Below, piece by piece: positions 60,133 through 64,000 of a DNA stretch of 64,000 nucleotides. The translations under genes and the position numbers were made by a program. The notes under the pieces were generated by a model, which saw only the letters and a list, made by a program, of their open reading frames with translations, ran no database searches and was not told the DNA's origin. Origin of the DNA: an uncultured Actinomycetota bacterium (lineage in GTDB: Bacteria > Actinomycetota > Acidimicrobiia > Spongiisociales > UBA4744); NCBI GenBank assembly GCA_963707435.1, contig CAVPPF010000007.1, positions 356,900-420,899 of the forward strand, written 5' to 3'. Each line of letters begins with the position of its first letter. The first letter of the stretch is position 1.

Positions 60133-60709
60133 TCGGGCCGCCCCCGGGCGGCTCATTGTGATATCCGGCCCTTCCGGCGTCGGCAAATCGACGGTCGTTG
60201 CTGCTCTTGCGGAGCGCTATCCGTTCCATTTCTCGGTTTCCGCAACGACCCGGACCGCCCGTCCCGGCGAGACCGACGGCGTTGAGTACTACTTCGTCGA
60301 TCCTGATGAATTCGTCCGCATGCGCGACGGCGGCGAGCTCCTCGAGTGGGCGGAGTACAGCGGGAACCTCTACGGAACCCCACGGGCCCCGGTGCTCGCC
60401 CGAATCGCATCAGGCGATGACGTCCTGCTCGATATCGAGGTCATGGGAGCGGTCCAGGTCAAGACCTCGTTCCCGGATGCTCTCATGCTCTTCCTGACGC
60501 CGCCAAGCGTCGAGTCCCTAGAACGGCGGCTGCGCAATCGCGGCGACACCTCCGACGAAGACATCGCCCGGCGGCTGGCCATTGCTCGCTGGCAGCTCGA
60601 GGTAGCCGAGGAACGATTCGATCACATCGTCGTGAACGACTCGGTTGAGGATGCGGTTCAACGCATCCTGCGTATACTGGAGGCCCCTTCAACGAAAGCC
60701 ACCACATGA
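60056..60709 (+). CDS. gmk: guanylate kinase
   Basis: VISGPSGVGKSTV, ..FSVSATTRTARPGETDGVEYYFV.., ..YGTP... The start is uncertain: the ATG at 60056 overlaps mihF by 77 nt, the alternative GTG is at 60161. Confidence 0.75.
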   Translation: MPSQTAGEFGDSGSGSAQHSSKNSPDRAAPGRLIVISGPSGVGKSTVVAALAERYPFHFSVSATTRTARPGETDGVEYYFVDPDEFVRMRDGGELLEWAEYSGNLYGTPRAPVLARIASGDDVLLDIEVMGAVQVKTSFPDALMLFLTPPSVESLERRLRNRGDTSDEDIARRLAIARWQLEVAEERFDHIVVNDSVEDAVQRILRILEAPSTKATT

Positions 60710-60936
60710 TCAAACCACCCATCGAAGACGTCGTCGAGGTGACGGGCGGCCGATTCGACCTGGTCGTCGTCGCGGCCCGCCGCGCCCGCCAGATCAACGC
60801 CTATTTCAATCAGCTCGGGGAAGGTATCGGCCACTACGTGCCGCCTCAGGTCCACTCGTTGAGTCACAAGCCGCTCACGATTGCCTTGGAGGAGATCGCC
60901 CAGGGCAAGGTGACGGTCGAGCGCGTCGAAGAGTAG
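60706..60936 (+). CDS. rpoZ: DNA-directed RNA polymerase subunit omega
   Basis: A 76 aa protein: ..GGRFDLVVVAARRARQINA. ATGA overlap with gmk. Confidence 0.8.
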   Translation: MIKPPIEDVVEVTGGRFDLVVVAARRARQINAYFNQLGEGIGHYVPPQVHSLSHKPLTIALEEIAQGKVTVERVEE

Positions 60937-60940
60937 GCGG

Positions 60941-62134
60941 GTGCTCAACGGGCGCCGCATCCTGGTGGGCGTGACCGGGGGTGTAGCCGCCTACAAAGCC
61001 GCCTATCTGGTCCGCAGGCTTGTCGAGCGCGGCGCCGATGTCCGCGTCATGATGACCGCGGCCGCTCACGAGTTCATCGGTCAACAGACCTTCGCCGCCA
61101 TCACCGGACGGCCCGTTGCCTCAGAGCTCTTTCGAGCTGCTTCGGTCAGTCCTCACACCGAGCTGGCCCGATGGGCCGAGGCGGTCGTCATTGCACCGGC
61201 GACTGCCAATACGCTCGCCAAAGCCGCTCACGGCCTCTCCGATGAGCTGGTCTCGGCGACGTTGCTCGCTACGACTGCGCCGGTGCTCTTCGCTCCGGCC
61301 ATGCACACCGAAATGTGGGAGAACGATGCGACCCGGCGCAATATCGAGGTCCTGAAGCAGGACGGCTACTCGATCGTTGGTCCGGCCAGCGGCTCCCTGG
61401 CAGGCGGGGACGTCGGGCCCGGTCGAATGGAAGAACCGGACGAGATCCTGCGGGTCCTCGAAGCGCTGCTGGCCGGCCCGCTCACGGGGATCCGCATGCT
61501 GGTGACCGCCGGCGGTACCCGCGAGCCGATCGATCCGGTCCGATTCATCGGCAATCGCTCTTCGGGCAAGATGGGATTTGCGATTGCCGCCGCGGCCGTT
61601 GCGTCCGGGGCAGAGGTCACGCTCGTTTCGAGTGCAGGCCTGCCTCCACCGCCGGGGGTGCGTCTGATCGAGGTGGAAACTGCCGCCGAGATGGCCGGGG
61701 CCGTCCTCGGGGTGGCCGGGGACGTAGACGTGGCCGTGATGGCAGCTGCCGTTGCGGATTTCCGTCCCTCCGTGGCCGCCGGCAACAAGCTGCGCCGGGC
61801 CGAAGGCCTGCCCGAAATCCAGCTGGAACCGACACCCGACATCCTGGCCGCACTGGCCGGCCTCCCGGAACGGCCGTTTCTCGTCGGCTTCGCCGCCGAG
61901 GTTGGTTCGCTCGACGGTGCAATCCCGAAAGCGTTATCGAAGGGCGTCGACCTGACCGTTGCGAACGATGTTTCCGCTGAGGGGTCCGGTTTTGGATCCG
62001 ATACCAATCAGGTCGCGCTGATCGACACGGACGGAACCATCGAGCGGTGGCCCCTGCTCACGAAGCACGAGATCGGTTCGCGTCTCTGTGACCTGATCGG
62101 CCAAAGGCTGGCCGAACGTACGGCCAAGGCCTGA
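60941..62134 (+). CDS. coaBC: bifunctional phosphopantothenoylcysteine decarboxylase / phosphopantothenate--cysteine ligase
   Basis: ..RILVGVTGGVAAYKA.. (flavoprotein) and ..GNRSSGKMG.. (CoaB). Confidence 0.9.
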   Translation: MLNGRRILVGVTGGVAAYKAAYLVRRLVERGADVRVMMTAAAHEFIGQQTFAAITGRPVASELFRAASVSPHTELARWAEAVVIAPATANTLAKAAHGLSDELVSATLLATTAPVLFAPAMHTEMWENDATRRNIEVLKQDGYSIVGPASGSLAGGDVGPGRMEEPDEILRVLEALLAGPLTGIRMLVTAGGTREPIDPVRFIGNRSSGKMGFAIAAAAVASGAEVTLVSSAGLPPPPGVRLIEVETAAEMAGAVLGVAGDVDVAVMAAAVADFRPSVAAGNKLRRAEGLPEIQLEPTPDILAALAGLPERPFLVGFAAEVGSLDGAIPKALSKGVDLTVANDVSAEGSGFGSDTNQVALIDTDGTIERWPLLTKHEIGSRLCDLIGQRLAERTAKA

Positions 62135-62155
62135 CGGCCCCGTATACTCGCCCCC

Positions 62156-63328
62156 ATGCGCAACTGGTACTTCACGTCTGAATCTGTGACCGAGGGCCAT
62201 CCGGACAAGATCGCCGACCGGATCTCCGATGCCGTCCTCGACGCCGTCCTCGCCGAGGATCCCCGCGGTCGGGTCGCCTGTGAGGTGCTGGTCACCAACA
62301 ACATCGTGATCGTTGCAGGAGAGATAACTGCCGCCGCGTCGATTGAAATCGAGGGGACCGTTCGACAGGCGATCCGCGACATCGGCTACAACGATCCGAC
62401 AGCGTTGTTTGCAGCCGACACGTGCGCCGTCGAGATCATCGTCAAGCAACAGAGCCCCGACATCGCCGGCGGCGTGTTTGCGTCCCTCGAATCGCGCAAC
62501 GGCTCGGTCGATCCGCTCGACGTTCTCGGTGCAGGGGATCAAGGGATCATGTTCGGGTACGCCACCGACGAAACACCCCAGCGAATGCCCCTGTCGATCC
62601 AACTTGCCCACCGTCTCGCAGAGCGGCTGGCCGATGTTCGCAAGGATGGAACGCTCGGCTACCTGGGTCCGGACGGAAAAACGCAGGTCACCGTGCACTA
62701 TCGGGGCAACCGGCCGGTGGGTATCCATCGCGTGCTCATTTCCACCCAGCATGCTGAAGAAGTCGACCATGCAACGCTCGAGGGGGACCTCCGCAAGCAT
62801 GTTCTGAATTCGGTATTGGTCGACGCGGACGACGATTTCGAATTCATCGTCAATCCATCGGGACGCTTCGTGGTAGGGGGTCCCGTGGGCGACACGGGCC
62901 TGACCGGCCGCAAAGTGATCGTCGATACCTACGGTGGAGCCGCGCGCCATGGTGGAGGATGCTTCTCCGGCAAGGACCCGACCAAGGTCGACCGGTCGGC
63001 CGCCTACGCGGCACGGCATGCCGCCCGCAACGTGGTAGCTGCCGGCCTGGCCGCCCGGTGCGAACTGCAGCTCTCCTACGCGATCGGCCGGGCGGAGCCA
63101 TTCTCGATCTACCTCGAAACCTTCGGGACCGAGACGATACCCGTGGCAACACTCGACGCACTCATTGCCGATCACTTCGACTTCCGCCCGCTGGCCATCA
63201 TCAACCGGTACGGCCTTCAGAAACCGATCTACCGGGAGACTTCCGCCTACGGTCACTTCGGGCGCCCGCAGTTCTCGTGGGAGGCAGAGGACGTGGCGGA
63301 GACGCTCGCCGCTGCCGCAGGCCGCTGA
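62156..63328 (+). CDS. metK: S-adenosylmethionine synthetase
   Basis: FTSESVTEGHPDKIADRISDAVLD, GAGDQGIMFGYA, GGGCFSGKDPTKVDRSAAY. Confidence 0.92.
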   Translation: MRNWYFTSESVTEGHPDKIADRISDAVLDAVLAEDPRGRVACEVLVTNNIVIVAGEITAAASIEIEGTVRQAIRDIGYNDPTALFAADTCAVEIIVKQQSPDIAGGVFASLESRNGSVDPLDVLGAGDQGIMFGYATDETPQRMPLSIQLAHRLAERLADVRKDGTLGYLGPDGKTQVTVHYRGNRPVGIHRVLISTQHAEEVDHATLEGDLRKHVLNSVLVDADDDFEFIVNPSGRFVVGGPVGDTGLTGRKVIVDTYGGAARHGGGCFSGKDPTKVDRSAAYAARHAARNVVAAGLAARCELQLSYAIGRAEPFSIYLETFGTETIPVATLDALIADHFDFRPLAIINRYGLQKPIYRETSAYGHFGRPQFSWEAEDVAETLAAAAGR

Positions 63329-64000
63329 CCGTCCCGCTCGTTGCCCGGGTTGTTCCCGACGTCCCCACGTTCTCCGTCGACGGCGGCTTTGCCTATGCCG
63401 TGGGCCCGGGCCAGCAGGTCTCGGTCGGCTCGGTAGTGCGAGTTCCCCTCGGGGGCCGAAGAGTACGGGGGTACGTGACCGACGTGCGGGCAGGCTCGCA
63501 GGCCGGGCTGAAGGAACTCCGGGGTGTTTCCGGTGATATTCCGGTGTTTGACGGTCGGCTCCTGGAAACAGTGCGATGGGCGGCCCATCACTACGTCTCG
63601 CCACTGGCCGGGATGCTGGGCAAGACCGCGCCTCCCAATCTGCCCCGCCGGAGCGAGATTCCTCCGTGGCCAGAGGTTGCCGCCACGGCGTCCGGACCAC
63701 TGTCCGGACTGGGGGAAGCTGCAGGCGAGGGGCGTCGAAGCCCGGCCACCTACTTCCTGGCATCCGCAGACTGGAGCCACCATGTGGAGACGATGGTTGG
63801 ACCGGCGGTTCGCGCCGGTCGCTCGGCACTGGTCGTGGTAGCTACCGCAATCGAAGCGGACCAGATGGCCGCCGAACTGAGGAGAACCTTCGGGCCGAGA
63901 GTCATCGTCGCTACGCCGGCCCTCCCGGATCGACTCCTCACTGCTTCCTGGCAGGTAGCGGCAACCGTTCCCGGCGTGATCCTCGTCGGTACCCACCGAA
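63325..64000 (+). CDS. priA: primosomal protein N' (N-terminal fragment; continues beyond window)
   Basis: My own translation of the frame after metK: ..PLVARVVPDVPTFSVDGGFAYAVGPGQQVSVGSVVRVPLGGRRVRGYVTDV...FDGRLLETVRWAAHHYVSPLAGML is PriA-like. The start codon is unresolved (CTG 63325 or GTG 63277); not in the ORF track. Confidence 0.55.
   Translation, partial: MTVPLVARVVPDVPTFSVDGGFAYAVGPGQQVSVGSVVRVPLGGRRVRGYVTDVRAGSQAGLKELRGVSGDIPVFDGRLLETVRWAAHHYVSPLAGMLGKTAPPNLPRRSEIPPWPEVAATASGPLSGLGEAAGEGRRSPATYFLASADWSHHVETMVGPAVRAGRSALVVVATAIEADQMAAELRRTFGPRVIVATPALPDRLLTASWQVAATVPGVILVGTHR

Noticed and set aside
60056-60161. Gmk start-codon ambiguity (ATG 60056 overlapping mihF by 77 nt vs GTG 60161)
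   Set aside because: Not rejected as a gene, only unresolved. The GGAGGG before 60056 and the long N-extension seen in mycobacterial Gmk favour the upstream start, but a 77 nt overlap is unusual.

Overview
This 64 kb window reads as a high-GC, densely packed chromosomal segment. Nearly every long ORF on the opposite strand of a real gene is the usual GC-rich artefact. The housekeeping backbone follows the gene order familiar from Actinobacteria. Its first half is thrS, the PI/PIM lipid genes (pgsA-like, acyltransferase, GT4), pdxS-pdxT, yebC, ruvCAB, queA-tgt, yajC-secD-secF, apt-relA, hisS-aspS, rarA, alaS-ruvX-mltG-aroE. Its second half is aroC-aroK-aroB, efp-nusB, pyrR-pyrB-pyrC-pyrD-pyrF, mihF-gmk-rpoZ-coaBC-metK-priA. 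I see two accessory insertions in this backbone. The first is a compact type IVa pilus (T4aP) cluster between aroE and aroC (41.4-51.4 kb). It runs PATAN/DUF4388 protein, pilB, an N-terminally extended pilT, pilC, major pilin pilA, prepilin peptidase pilD, pilM, pilN, pilO and a PilP-like protein, with no secretin. The second is a separate locus of three large prepilin-type minor-pilin-like proteins between relA and hisS (27.3-31.2 kb). Other notable points follow. alaS is split by an apparent +1 frameshift. Two evolutionarily different citrate synthases sit in tandem. An EF-G paralog has its catalytic His replaced by Tyr. The pyr leader carries a PyrR-box hairpin, a short uORF and an intrinsic terminator. 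A 13-bp perfect hairpin follows pilA. Thr-rich linkers recur in exported proteins. I found no tRNA, rRNA, CRISPR array or transposase/integrase. Every functional call rests on motifs I can read in the supplied translations plus recalled family knowledge; no database search was run. Start codons are my best choice from RBS and overlap context.
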